The notes beneath the pieces are model-generated. The model was not told the DNA's origin and made no database searches. It saw only the letters and a list, made by a program, of their open reading frames with translations. A program made the translations under genes and the position numbers. From Eledone cirrhosa (Eukaryota), in the NCBI GenBank assembly GCA_964016885.1, contig OZ024740.1, positions 133,920,001-133,984,000 on the forward strand: 64,000 nt of DNA, written 5' to 3'. The first letter of the stretch is position 1. Every line of letters begins with the position of its first letter. Positions 12,060 through 25,873 of this stretch are shown here, one piece after another.

Positions 12060-13075
12060 ATAATTGTATTTTTCCCTTTTTGTTTTGTGGAAGAGGGTTC
12101 GCCCCTCCTGACCCTCATTTCAAACCATATCTAATTGTGTGATGTCGGGTAGAAATTTGTCTTCCAGGGTCATTGGTTCTGTTGTATTGGTGTTGGTGTT
12201 GGTTCTTTTGTCACTGAATCTATTTCAATGTCGTTGGCGATCTTGCTACTGTTGGTTTCTTCGTTCATGGTTTAAGTCTAGGCGACACTCTCGTCGCCTT
12301 CATGTTTGGCGCGGAATGTTTCGCAGCCTTGCTTCCTCCCTTGTAGCTGGTGCCTGTAGTGCTGCTTGCTGGCGTTTTTGAGGCGTTGGCTGGAGTGGAG
12401 TCGTTTGCATCTAGTTGTGGGTAGAAGACCTGAAAGTGCGTAGTGTCACCACGCTTGATACCGTTGTCTCCATCCGTTCACGATTTCTGTCAGATGAGTA
12501 ATGTCCGGGAAGTTGATCACCTCGAGGATTGAGTCTAGGTATTGCTGGTCAGTTTGAATGAAGAGCTCCATCCCCGTCCCGTACCAGTTCTCTGTTCTCA
12601 TATTTTCTGGCTTCGGGAATGGTTATTCGATTCTCGATGTCAATGATGACTGCCACTATTAGACAATGGAAATCTATTTCGGCCAACACATGTGTCATCC
12701 TGAATTTGATCAATCATGTACCGCAGTATGAGGGCACAGGATTAATTATTTACTGTTTAGAGCTGTGATGGAGTGACTTCGCCTCCTGCCCGGTTGAAAT
12801 CTAATTTTAACTCTTGTATACCTTTTTCCTCGCGTGGTGTACGTTTACTTCTCCCAGTCACGCCCCTGGGCCTTTTGAAAGCTAAATTTGGAGGCGCGTT
12901 CGACGTGGCATATATTGTTCTATAGCAGCGAGATATGAGTCTTCATATGCTTTTTGTTGAAGCTGGAGGACGACTCTGTGGCCGGTCTCTTTTACCGTGA
13001 TTTTGGCTTCTTTTATCAGGTTTTCGTCAAATGCAATTTTTACTAAATTTTGTGCGGCGCTGGCAAACAACTTGT
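12060..13075 (-). mobile_element. Decayed Tx1-like ORF1 fragment
   Basis: Minus strand reads RTENWYGTGMELFIQTDQQYLDSILEVINFP, homologous to ENWSGIGMQMLIQTDQECIEDIPDIIDF in ORF1 at 30790-31788. Confidence 0.75.
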
Positions 13076-13344
13076 TTCTTGTCTGAGTAACTAGTTGGCT
13101 GGCTGGTTGTTACATCGCTGGAAGTTTTGTTGACCAACTGGCTCGCTGATTGGTGGATCAATTAGCTTGCTAGCTTGTGTGTTTGTTGGCTGACTGACGG
13201 ACAGGTCTGTTTATTTGTTGATTCACTTGTTGGTTGGATGGTTGGTCGTTAATTGTGCTTGTGTGTATGTATGTAGCAATATGCGTGTGTATATGCATAT
13301 GCATATGTATATATATCCTCTTTGATTTGCTTCGAAATCACTAA

Positions 13345-13437
13345 ACGTGTCTGAGGAACTTGCGAATCCAGAGTCAGGTTCGATCCACAAACAGATCGCA
13401 CCTCGGACTGTTCGCCGGAGAAACAATTGTAATACGT
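13345..13437 (+). ncRNA. Type I hammerhead motif with extended stem II
   Basis: ACGUGU-CUGAGGA-...GCGAA..long insert..UUCGC...-GAAA-CAAUUG-UA-AUACGU; 6-bp stem I, palindromic stem III. Confidence 0.72.
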
Positions 13438-13557
13438 AATATATTGTGTTCCGATGAATCACTGATTCTTCGTTTTCCATATTATTATACTCAGCTCCGA
13501 AGTAGCATAGAGTGCTCAACCGGCATAACACCTATGGACATATCCAAGCAACCTTAC

Positions 13558-13621
<64 letters not shown>

Positions 13622-13985
13622 TTTACATATATATATATATATACATACACATACATATACGTCTATAGACATGTTTTATGATATATAGCTCTGATTGTTT
13701 AATTTATTAATTTTTCATTGAGCCACAAAGTGACCGGTTGCAAAACACGTATATGTATATGTATGTATATATATATATGTAAACTTTTATATGTAATAAT
13801 CTCCCACTAGGTTGAGATAAAAATTTGGCTGTATTGTGCTGTGCTTTCTAGCAAAAATGCCACCAGTCGTAAGCAACTACCACACCCCTTCCAACTTGAC
13901 CGCGACTACGTCACGATTTTTAGCCATTTTGAAATGAATTCTTGGCGCGATCGTTTTGGAAAATTTAATGTCTAGATATGAGCGA

Positions 13986-14073
13986 GCTTCCTGAAGAATC
14001 CGGCGCTCGAGTTTATATAATTATTACATAATTATTGGAAAACTCAAAACACGGACGAAACCATGGTAGAGGT
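13986..14073 (+). ncRNA. Type I hammerhead motif with extended stem II
   Basis: GCUUC-CUGAAGA-aUCCG..GAGUUU..AAACUC..CGGAc-GAAA-CCAUGG-UA-GAGGU; palindromic stem III. Confidence 0.75.
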
Positions 14074-14338
14074 ATTTAAATGTATTCTATTTTCTCCTAG
14101 TTTATTTAAAACCTAATTATGCTTAGTTGACTGTATCTAGGCGATTACGCTGTCGAAATATTCGATAAATATTCCACTACGGCCGACGCGAAGCGCTAGT
14201 TTTGGTAATTTGTCGGAGATTCCTTCATAGAAGCCTTATTCTTATAGCCTGGTCTATTCGATTTTTTATATAGTTAATTATGCTAATTGGGAGAGGAAAT
14301 ATATATTTTATCTTGTGATTCTATAGACATGTTTTATG

Positions 14339-16000
<1,662 letters not shown>

Positions 16001-17044
16001 CAAAACAGGCGGCGCGGTGGGACCGGGGCAAAGCCATCCGCTCCGAGTAATTTCGTTTACCTAAAGAGGAGAAATTTATTTTTCCGAGCACTCAAGGAAG
16101 GCTGAACTTTCCGAGTGCCCAGCACGCAGCCGGGAAAAGCCACCACACAAGTCGAAGGTAGCAACCCAATGAAAAGTGCAAATAGACCAAAATTATTTTA
16201 AAGTCCCAGTTAGTCCGGGTTATAAGTAGTGTGATTCTTAGGTGCATAATGACCTGAGTAAGGAAAGTTACAAAAAAATAATAAAAGCAGCATACAAAAA
16301 TAAAATAAAAATATAAAGATAGAATACATTGATAAAATACATTAATAAAATAATTAAAAAAATAATAAAATAATAAAATAATAAAATATACATTAATGAA
16401 ATAATAAAAATATTAATAAAGGTAAATAAGAATCAATATAGATCAAGTTGTAGTAAGATAATACAGGTTGTACATATAGATATAGATATAGTGGATGGAG
16501 GAGATGGAATGGTACCATGTTGTACCTAGTGTAAAGTTCGGGTCTCCGAATTCAGTGTGAGTCAAAAAAAGTCCTGAGGTATAGAGGAAAGAATTCAGTC
16601 AATACAATACATGTTTTAGTATAATACGTAGAGTTTTGTCGGAATCGGAATCATCCCGACCATAGTATCAGGTGGCGGTAGATAAAGCACATATCAGCCA
16701 AAATCCGAATGGTAAGTAGATCAGTTAATCCCATGCTGGCAATAGCTGTACACTGAAGTCAGTGCCGCTGTTCAATATTACATTTTGAAGTGCTCAACAT
16801 TATTGGAGCATTATTTCTTTAGGTTTGTTGGTTCACCACTGGATAGAACTGGTCATTCCGTATTGTCAATCCTGGTGTAATATTGTGAAGAGTACTGAAC
16901 GCAGTGAAGTTCACCCATCTTCGTTTGTGTAGTTGGTGGTGCGAATACGGAGTTAATTATAAATAAAATAACAGGAGGCTGGACTGGTGTAAATCCTTGA
17001 AAGGTTTATTACACTATGATCAATGATCAAATATATATATATAT

Positions 17045-17210
17045 AAAACGAAAAATCAGTGATGCATCTGAACTCAATTTATTGTGTGTTACAATTGTTT
17101 CGCCGGCAGACAGCTCGAGACACGATCATTGTGTGGATCTGTCTGATTCTGGATCTGCAGGTTCGTCGAACACTTCTAATAATTTCGGATCAAATTTTCT
17201 CACTGGGGTG
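17045..17210 (-). repeat. Inverted diverged copy of 13321-13476; hammerhead remnant at 17086-17173
   Basis: GUGU-UCGACGA(mutated core)...GCAGA..UCUGC..-GAAA-CAAUUG-UA-ACAC; aligns with the 13345-13437 motif. Confidence 0.7.
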
Positions 17211-17944
17211 TTAGCGTCAAAAAACATCCTCTTCGCTCGTCCTGCTATTGGCTGTTGTTTTTCTACGTCATCATAAATTTTGACCAATAGGTACTGTCAC
17301 ACTGACCATCAGCTGTCCTTCTTCCTGTCACACTTCAATGAATCCCTGCTGGGTTTGGTAGTTCACACGACCACGCGCGCACTCACACACACATATATAT
17401 ATACACACACTCACACACACACACACGCACACAATTATTTAACAACATCCGCACGCATATACTCCCGCTATACATACGCACCCAAAGAGAACCCGTAAAA
17501 CTATAGACATACGCGTCTACAGACGCCTGCCTACATGCCCATATACATCAACTCACACACACACACGCACACGCACACAGCGCACACACATGCATGCGCG
17601 TATATCTACTCGTATACACAAACACGTACAGACATATACATAGACACGCACACGCACATACACACACACATATATATATATATATACTCCCCTTATTATC
17701 CTTGCTTTAATATTTCTCCTTGTTCCCATTGAATTTGTATAAAAATAAGTACATAGATACAAGGAGAAAGGGAGAGCAACGAGAGTAAAGGAGAGCAAGG
17801 AGAGCAATGAGAAAAGGAGAGCAAGGAAAGCAAGTATATTTAAAGGATGGGGATGTTGTGTGTGACTGCGGCATCGAACCACAGACTCCGCAGCAGCTCC
17901 TGATATCCCCCCCCCCCCCCGAAATCATTATTATTAGTAGTAGT

Positions 17945-18098
17945 AGGGCGTTCTAGCATAGTTACGTCCCTTTACGGTCAGAGTTCAAATCCCGTCGAGG
18001 TTAACTTTGCCTTTCATCCTTATGGGGTCGATAAAATAAAGTACCAGTAATGCGCTGGGTAATTGCTGGCCTTGTGTCAAAAGTAGGAACAATTATTA
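17945..18098 (+). mobile_element. tRNA-derived SINE (same family as 4543-4727), 5' truncated
   Basis: GAGTTCAAATCCCGTCGAGGTTAACTTTGCCTTTCATCCTTATGGGGTCGATAAAATAAAGTACCAGT...ATTATT. Confidence 0.88.
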
Positions 18099-18127
18099 TT
18101 AGTAGTAGTTTTATTAGTACTATTATT

Positions 18128-18313
18128 ATGCAGCCACTTGTTATTCCTTTTCTAGTAGCATTTCTATTTATCGTTCCTGCTAGAACGGCAGATGCACTTC
18201 CAAATGAAGATGACGACGACAATGATGACGACGTTCAGGGTGATTATCGGAGTGAAGGGGAAGTTGAAGATGACGATGAAACTGATGATAATGGCAAAGA
18301 TGATGATAATCTC
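18128..18313 (+). CDS. Possible first exon of a secreted acidic peptide (unverified)
   Basis: MQPLVIPFLVAFLFIVPARTADA (signal-like, A-x-A site) followed by LPNEDDDDNDDDVQGDYRSEGEVEDDD..., then GTAAAT at 18314; could be a decayed (GAT)n repeat. Confidence 0.2.
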
Positions 18314-18464
18314 GTAAATTTCCTTCTATTTTATTATTGATGGTGGTGGTGGTGGTGGTGATGGTGGTGGTGATTTTTGTGTCGCTATTTTAGGATTTAA
18401 CATTCTCTAATTTAGGATTCATACTTTCGGAGCCTACATGGTTTACATCTATTTCTTCTTCTTC

Positions 18465-18496
<32 letters not shown>

Positions 18497-18503
18497 GTTA
18501 TTA

Positions 18504-21500
18504 CTCTTTGAGTCTCAGTCATTGATGTTAGTTAACTGGGAAGTTTGTTGAGATGAATATCAAGCCACTACCTGCAGCCTCAGATATTCAGGACGTATCG
18601 GAGAGTTCTTGCAGTTCCCAGCAAGCATGCCTTTTGAAGCGTTCCAAAAAGCGTGAAGGGGCCAATTTTCTTTAACCATCCCTGGAAACTTTTTGAGATA
18701 GTCCCTAGTGCGCCTATGACAATGGGGATCACTTTGACTTCATGGCAATTCCAAATCCTTTTTACCTCCCACTTTAAGTCCTGGTATCGGTTAATTTTCT
18801 CCCTCTCCTTCTCTTGCACTCTCGTGTCGAATGGGCAGGCCACATCCACAATCAGGCACGATCTTTTTTTTTTTTTGTCCAAAACCACCAGGTCAGGTCT
18901 ATTGTGTTCCAGTTTCTTGTCCGTCTGTCTCCTAAAATCCCACAGCACCCTCACCTGATCGTTTTCTATCACCGTCTCTGGCTTTTGCTCATACCACTTC
19001 TCAGAAAGTGGTAAATTGTTTACTTTGCATAGGTGTCAGTGGATCACCCTGCCCATCACATCATGTCTCCAGCCCTTATAGTGAGACTGGGCTAGGTGTT
19101 TACACTCGGATACAATGTGAGCCACAGTCTCCTTTCTCTCTCTCCACAGATCCTGCACAGTGGGCTAGCCTCCTCCTTGTAAATGTGGTGTTTCAACCAC
19201 TTCGTTTTGAGGGCCTGCTCCTGCGCAGCCATTAACATTCCTTCTGTAGCCTTTTTAAGGTCTCCTCTTTTCAACCAGTTCCATGTCTGTGGATCTCTAA
19301 ATTCAGTTTTCTCCAAGAAGCTACTATGAAGGGATTTTTCCTGAAGGCTGCTCTTTCTCCTTGATGTTATTTCCTCCTTGGACATCCCCTGGCCTATTGT
19401 CCCCTCCTTCCGTACAGTTTTGAGCATTGGCTCCTTACTATCAGTCACGTATTTGTGTAGGTTGTTTTTCTCCATCTGAACACAGTCCTCTATGCTGATA
19501 AGACCTCTTTCACCCTCAGATCTCCTTAAGTAGAGTCTATCGACATCACCCCTCTTGTGGAACATATTGTAGATAGTCAATCGCTTCCTAGTCTTCCTAT
19601 CCATTTCTTTTTGTTCAGCAACATTCCATCTCAGAATTCCCGCACTGTAGCTAATAATAGACACAGCTCGGGAATTTACTGCACTTATGGCATTCCTACT
19701 GTTCAGATGTGACTTTAATACGCTCCTTACTCTCCGAAGGTATTCAGTTCTTATCAATTCCTTCATTTTTTTGTTCTTGATGTCATCAGCCTCCAGAACG
19801 CCCAAATACTTGTATCCTTCCTCAGAGTCAATTTCCTTTATCATCTCACCTGTTGGTATCTGGATTCCGTTACTTCTGCTCAACTTACCCCTCCTCATCA
19901 CAACGACTCCACACATACTAATACCAAATTGCATACATATATCATTTCTGAAAATACGGACAGTGTCAACAAGCACATCCAACTCCTTCTCACTCTTCCC
20001 GAAGAGCTTAAGATCGTCCATGAAGAAGAGGTGATTGATGGTAAGCCCTCCCTTTCCCAACCTGTATCCTGCTCTCACTTTTCGCAGTACACTGGTAAGG
20101 GGCATCAGGGCAAGGACAAACAACAGAGAGGACAGACTATCTCCCTGGAAGATACCTCTCTTGATCTTCACGCTTCCCAAGGATTCTCCAGTTGATGTTA
20201 ACTCTGTTTCCCAGGACTTCATACTTTTGCCCAAAAACTGTCTGATGTTATCTGCCACCTTAAAGATGTCCAGGCTTTTGGTGATCCAAAAATGTGGCAC
20301 CATGTCAAATTCCTTTTTGTAGTGTATCCATCCCATGGCAAGACCAGTGTGTCTCCTCTTGCAAATCCTCATTACCATCTTATCAATAAGTAACTGGTCC
20401 TTTGTACCACGTGACTTCTTTCGGCATCCTTTCTGTTCGTCCGGTAAGAAGTTGTTTGTGTGGAGGTGATGGTAGATTTCCTCAGACATAATGCTTGTCA
20501 ACAGTTTTCACATTACGGACAGACATGTGATAGGTCTATAGTTGGTAACATCATTACCCTTGATTCGGTCTTTCATTATCAGAACTGTGGTAACTTTTGT
20601 CAACCACTCTGGTACCTCACCTGACATCAAGCAGTCATTGAACATGATTGTCAGTTTCGGGTGGAGGGATGTTATATTTTTAATCCAATACCCCTGCACA
20701 CCCTCTGGGCCTGGTGATTTCCAGTTGGTTAGTTTTTTGACCTGCCCCTTAAGAGTTTCAACTGTGATACTCAAATCAGTTTGTTGGTGTGCCTGTTCAC
20801 TGATCTCCTTCTGTACTGTCTAAATCCACGCTGCCTGGTCATTATGTTTAACATCCTGCTCCCATATTCCTCTCCAGAATGTTTTAGTTTGTTCCGCCTC
20901 AGGGATCAAGTCGTTGCCTCTTTCTTTCCCTTCAAGCCGTCCAAACAGCATCTTCTGGTTGTTGTCGAACATGCGGTTCTGTCTATACTGACTGACTCTG
21001 TTCTCATATCGCCTGATTTTTGCACTCTTTGCTACAATGCGTTGCTTCAGTTCCTCTATAATAATATTTAGCTTTTTCCTCCTAGTTTTGTACTTTATTT
21101 CCAGTCTATTTTTATTGTCTATGTTTTTTAGTGTCCCATTCAGTAGGGACTCAAGCTTTCCAATGTCATTTCTCATTTCCCTGATTTGACCACTCAGTCG
21201 TTTCTTCCACCAAGGCTCTGCTCTTTCTTGTCTGTTGTTTCCTCTCGCTTTTATACCAAGTAGTTTCCTCACCGTATTTGCTGTTGCTTTGAGGATATTG
21301 TTGCACTGGTGAAGGCTCCTCGCCTCAAGGTATGGGATGACTTTGTTTACCTTAGCTGTTGTTTCTTTTAACTTTTTCCTGTCTACAAATCTTAGGTTCA
21401 TAGGTCTCCCACTATCATTGTTCAATTCATCTAGCACTAAGTTTAGGATATCAACCAAATCTTGTCCTAGCCCGTCAGCATTCATCTCCTCAGTGGCCGT

Positions 21501-22085
21501 ATCTCTGTTCCAGGTACTATTTATCTCAGCATTCAGATCATTGTCTGCTTCGGGTGGTTCCTCCGTTCTCTCGACCTCTTCACCTTCATTTCCCACTTGC
21601 TCGTTTGCCTGGCATACTCCACCCTCCATCTCCAAGCTAATCTCTCTGCTCAGTTCCTCCAGTTCCAGCTCGCTTATCCACCCATTTGTTCTTATTACCC
21701 GAGCCTGCCCGGCCAATTTTTGTTCATCTAATTTAAATAGACCAATCTCGTTCCAGATGTAATGCATCCGTTTCCTATAGCCTTTCTCCTTGGGGTTACT
21801 ATTCAGGTAACATTGCATAACAGTTCTATTCAATTCTTTCATCCAGTACGTTCTGGTCCCTTTCCTTCTTCTTCTTCCTCCGACACCAGCAGTATTTGTT
21901 TGACAGCCAGGTCCCTGCTGCTGAGCCAGGGAGCACCTGTTGGGTGAGAGTCTGTCACATGACATTCTAGTCTCCATTTCATCGAACTGTTTAGGTTCGA
22001 CATTTAAACACTCTTATCGAGGATTGGCGAATGTATGGTTACATAACCACCGGTGAATTACTTGTCTCCGGTGTTTTCGTCACTC
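18504..22085 (-). mobile_element. R4/Dong-like non-LTR retrotransposon, near full length, with (TAA)n tract at the 3' end (18465-18503)
   Basis: One long interrupted ORF: N-terminal PWWKKRL, RT ([29 protein letters not shown]), CRIC zinc finger and RLE (WDF, NRPDLVV, IVDVACP, E..K..RYQDL). Confidence 0.93.
18580..21977 (-). pseudogene. Dong/R4 RT-RLE polyprotein, disrupted by stops and frameshifts
   Basis: Track ORFs 20820-21977, 20508-20774, 19092-20501 and 18580-18972 are consecutive pieces of one protein. Confidence 0.9.
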
Positions 22086-22329
22086 CACGTGACTTTTGTG
22101 TGGCATTATCACGCTGCAGACGAACACAAATAAACAAACAAACAAACAGGCAGAAAAAAACCCAAAATGAATAAGCATAAGTTTCATTGTAATGTAGTGT
22201 TTGAATGTCTGACTTAGTTTTTCCCTTCCCTTCTCTGTCCGTCTGTTTGTTTTTCTCTTCATTCTTATTTTCTTTACGTTTTTCTTTGTTGCTGTGCTGC
22301 TTTGATTTTGATTTTTGTTTTTTTGATTT

Positions 22330-23232
22330 GACCGGGTCATCAATTCAGTCTATTTATATATTTTGATGCCTTCCTCTTTTAGTGAGAATTCTACAATGTA
22401 GCAGGGGCTAGCGGGAGAGAATAGCGGTGGTAGTGATAATGAGGCAGTGGTGGTGGTGGTGGTGGTGGTGGTGGTGGTGGTGGTGGTGGTGGTGGTGGCG
22501 GTGCTGTGCTAGCAGCAACTAGCAGGAGGTAGTGGGAGAGAATAGCGGCGGTAGCGATAATGAGGCAGTGGTGGTGGTGATTTGGTCGTATTACTGTAGT
22601 GATGGTATTGAAGTTGGAGTAGAAATTTGAGTCGACTTGACCAGAGTTTTCATCGTGGTAGTGGTGGTGGTGTTGGTGGTGAAATTATCTTTAGTGAAAT
22701 TATCGTTAGTCGCGTATATGTGTTGACATATTTTTCTTAATATTGGAATTAAACATTTTGTTAAAACTAAAACTTGAGGCAATAATAATAGTAATTATTA
22801 TTGCCTCAAGTTTTAGTTGAGAATAATAATAGTAATTATTATTATTATGCTGAGATTGGTGGTGGTGGTGGTGAAATTGCCGTTATCTGGCTGTTGTGTT
22901 TAGTGTACACAGAGGGGTGATGGGGTAGGTGGTGCATCTAGTTTCTGATGTTGGTGAAGTTGCTGTTATTTGGCTGTTCTATATAGTGTAGACAGAGGGG
23001 GTTTTCTTCCATTTATAACCATTTTTTTATTTTGAATATAAAATGTATATTACAAAATTGAATATTTGAGCGATATAACAATATATTATGGATCCGAAAT
23101 TTTTTGGGACACAAGCCGGATGTTTTATGTATCATTTGTACAAAGAATTGTTATTTCACAATTGATTTAAATATGTTAAAAAATCAAAACTTACGGGAGT
23201 GATTTCACGACCTTCTATCCACCATGTGGATA
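22330..23232 (-). mobile_element. 5' UTR and low-complexity ORF start of an unclassified (possibly Tx1-like) element; duplicated at 37590-38345
   Basis: 22710-23225 is highly similar to 37865-38340; minus strand gives MEENPLCLHYIEQPNNSNF.. then Pro/Thr-rich sequence; contains a (GGT)n tract at 22447-22500. Confidence 0.55.
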
Positions 23233-23274
<42 letters not shown>

Positions 23275-25873
23275 GGCCGCACATGTGTGAAGACAGTACA
23301 AATCTGCGGGGGAAAAGGTTCGTAACTTTCAGCTGTTTCAAAGTGTCATTTTTTGTATTTTCTTGTCGTTAACGAAACATAAGGTACACATCTTGGTTTC
23401 AAGAGAGGGATACCTCTCAGTATTCGGGCTCTAAGCCCGAATATTCAGATTTATTTTTTAAAAACTTCGAAAAAAACAACACCAACGAAGACACGGACAC
23501 CAACATAAAAAAAGCCGGATCACCACCAACACCATAACCAATCCAAGGGGAAAACGAGGAAAGCTCTCCTACTCCCCCTACCAAATTATACACATAAACA
23601 AAACGATAAACGCACACACAGACACAGAGACTCCGACAGCCACAGACACTTTGTCTTCCAAAAGTGCAAAAAAACAGAGAAAACTCACCCCAAAAAAGCC
23701 CCAACAAAACGAAAAAACATACACAACAAAAAATACAGACACCACTAACGCAAACACTTCTCCAATAACATCAGCACCAACAGCAACATCGACACCACCC
23801 CCACAATCCCTGAAACGCAAACAACCTAAACAAACACAAGTACAAATAAACACCCAAATACCTGAAATTGCAGACACCACACTTAAAACAAACACAGACA
23901 TACCCGAAACAACACCACCAAAACCATCACCACCAGGGTCACCAAAACGAAAACAAATAAAACCACACCAACAAAATGTTAAAAACTTCGTGCTTGTCAG
24001 AAGGGCTAACGATAAACTGATGGCCCTCTTAGCACGAAGCGAGTGCATTCAAACAGAGGGGGAGATTTTTGAAATAAGCACATTTTACGTGCCAGAAGAT
24101 TTGCTTCTGGTCCGAATGTCACTCGATTCCTTCAAAGAAATTCGAGAGAGCTTTCCTCAAGACGTGGGAACCCCGAATGTGAAACCCACATCGAGACTTT
24201 TAAAGGGGTTCCCAAAAGAAACCACACCAACCATGGAGGTCGAACCATCCGACCTTCAAAACTCTGGAAGGTAAGTAAACCTTCCCTCTCTCTATTAGCT
24301 TGCCAACATGGCCATATTAAGAGTAGGAAGTTTAAATGTTCGCGGCCTAGTGTCACCCTGGAAGCAGGGTCGCCTGCTCAGCGACTTAGGTCGCTGGAAA
24401 TGAATTTGATTGCCGTCAGTGAGACCAGAATTTCAGACACGCGCGCACTAGCCCCCATTTTCGACGACTATCAGATCTTCGCATCTGTTAGTAGGCCGGG
24501 AATGGGTGGGGTGGCAGTGCTGTTTAGGAAAGGACTGGATATCGAGGTAAGATCGATCTTCCGGGACCCGGACGATAAGTTGGTGGTCTTGGATGTGTGC
24601 AGTAGCAAATGTGGTACATTTAGAATGCTGGCCGTCTACGCCCCTACAGGGACCGGACGACCGGGTTCTTTAGGCGCCTGGAGACCTTTCTGGATACGTC
24701 TCGCCCTTTATTGTTAGCGGGTGACTGGAATGGCATCTTAGACGCACGCTGGGATTGTGTGGGAGTAGCCTATAGGAGCGGGGGGGGGTGAAAAAGCCTC
24801 AAGCACCTACTCAGCAAGTTCCAACTGTCTGATAGGTATCGACTAGATTTCCCTAATGTGCCAGTATGGACATGGACTAACCGAATGGGGTCATCTAGGT
24901 CGTATATAGACAGGATCTTCATTAGGAAAATAGATAGAAATAGTGTAAGCTGCCCACTTTTTAAAACGGTCGCCTATTCAGATCACAAATTTGTGATCTG
25001 TACGGTCGACCTAGATAAAACGCGTAGGTTAGGACCGGGTTACTGGAAGCTGAACATATCATTTCCGGCACGTAAAGCTTACAGGGACCGAGTCTACAAT
25101 TTAGTTAAGCAAAAGTTGACGGGGGATCATCAACAACAGATGGTGGGGGCTCTCAAAAGAGAGATTAGAGTAACTTCGATAGAGTTCAGCAAAGAATTGC
25201 GTTAGAGAAAAATAGAAAGAAGGGGGAGCTGGTAGATAAGTTAGAAGAGGCTCTTTGTAGTGGCATTGCAACTAATGTGTTAGCAGTGAGAATGGCATTA
25301 TACCATTTCTTCAATGCGAAACACGAAGGTTGCATTTCAGAGCTAAGGCGCGTGCGATGAGAAACAAGGGAACCAAAGCTGTTCGATGGGCCGCGTGGCG
25401 GATGCGCAGCGTGGTAGTAAAACCACAATTCGGTCTTTGGCGGACCGAGACGGACACGAGATAAGCGATTCCAAGTGGATGTGTGACGCCTTTCGCCAAC
25501 ACTTTGCTCGGTTGTTCGGGGAGAGTGGCGAGTCAGAGAGAGTAGCGGATTTCAGTCCCTACCTTGACGGCTTGCCAAGCATCACGACGGTCGACGCTGA
25601 GCGCTGCGAAAGGCCGATTACTTCAGCTGAAATTCAGGACGCTCTTGTCGGCTGCATTAGGCGCAAGTCACCCGGTTTCGATGACCTTCCCTACGAGCTT
25701 TACGTAAATATGCCAGACTTGTTCTCCGATCTCCTCGAAGCACTCTACTGCAACTGGCAGCAGAATGGGAGTATTCCCAGTTCTGTGAGCAGGGGTGTGG
25801 TGACGCTGATAAGGAAAGACGAGAACAAGAGGGATACATTAGACAACTTCAGGCCCATAAGTCTGCTCAACAC
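23275..25873 (+). mobile_element. Tx1-like LINE, family A, 5' part (ORF1, AP endonuclease, start of RT)
   Basis: Starts at (ATT)n|GG; ORF1 ends 24274; ORF2 ATG 24308 with SLNVRGL, AVSET, AVYAP, GDWN, WTW..SYIDR, SDH (APE), then KSPG.D.LPYELY and NFRPISLLN; several frameshifts. Confidence 0.92.

Noticed and set aside
19687-21762. Plus-strand ORFs over the Dong element, and similar antisense ORFs over the Tx1 copies
   Set aside because: Antisense shadows of retroelement coding sequence.
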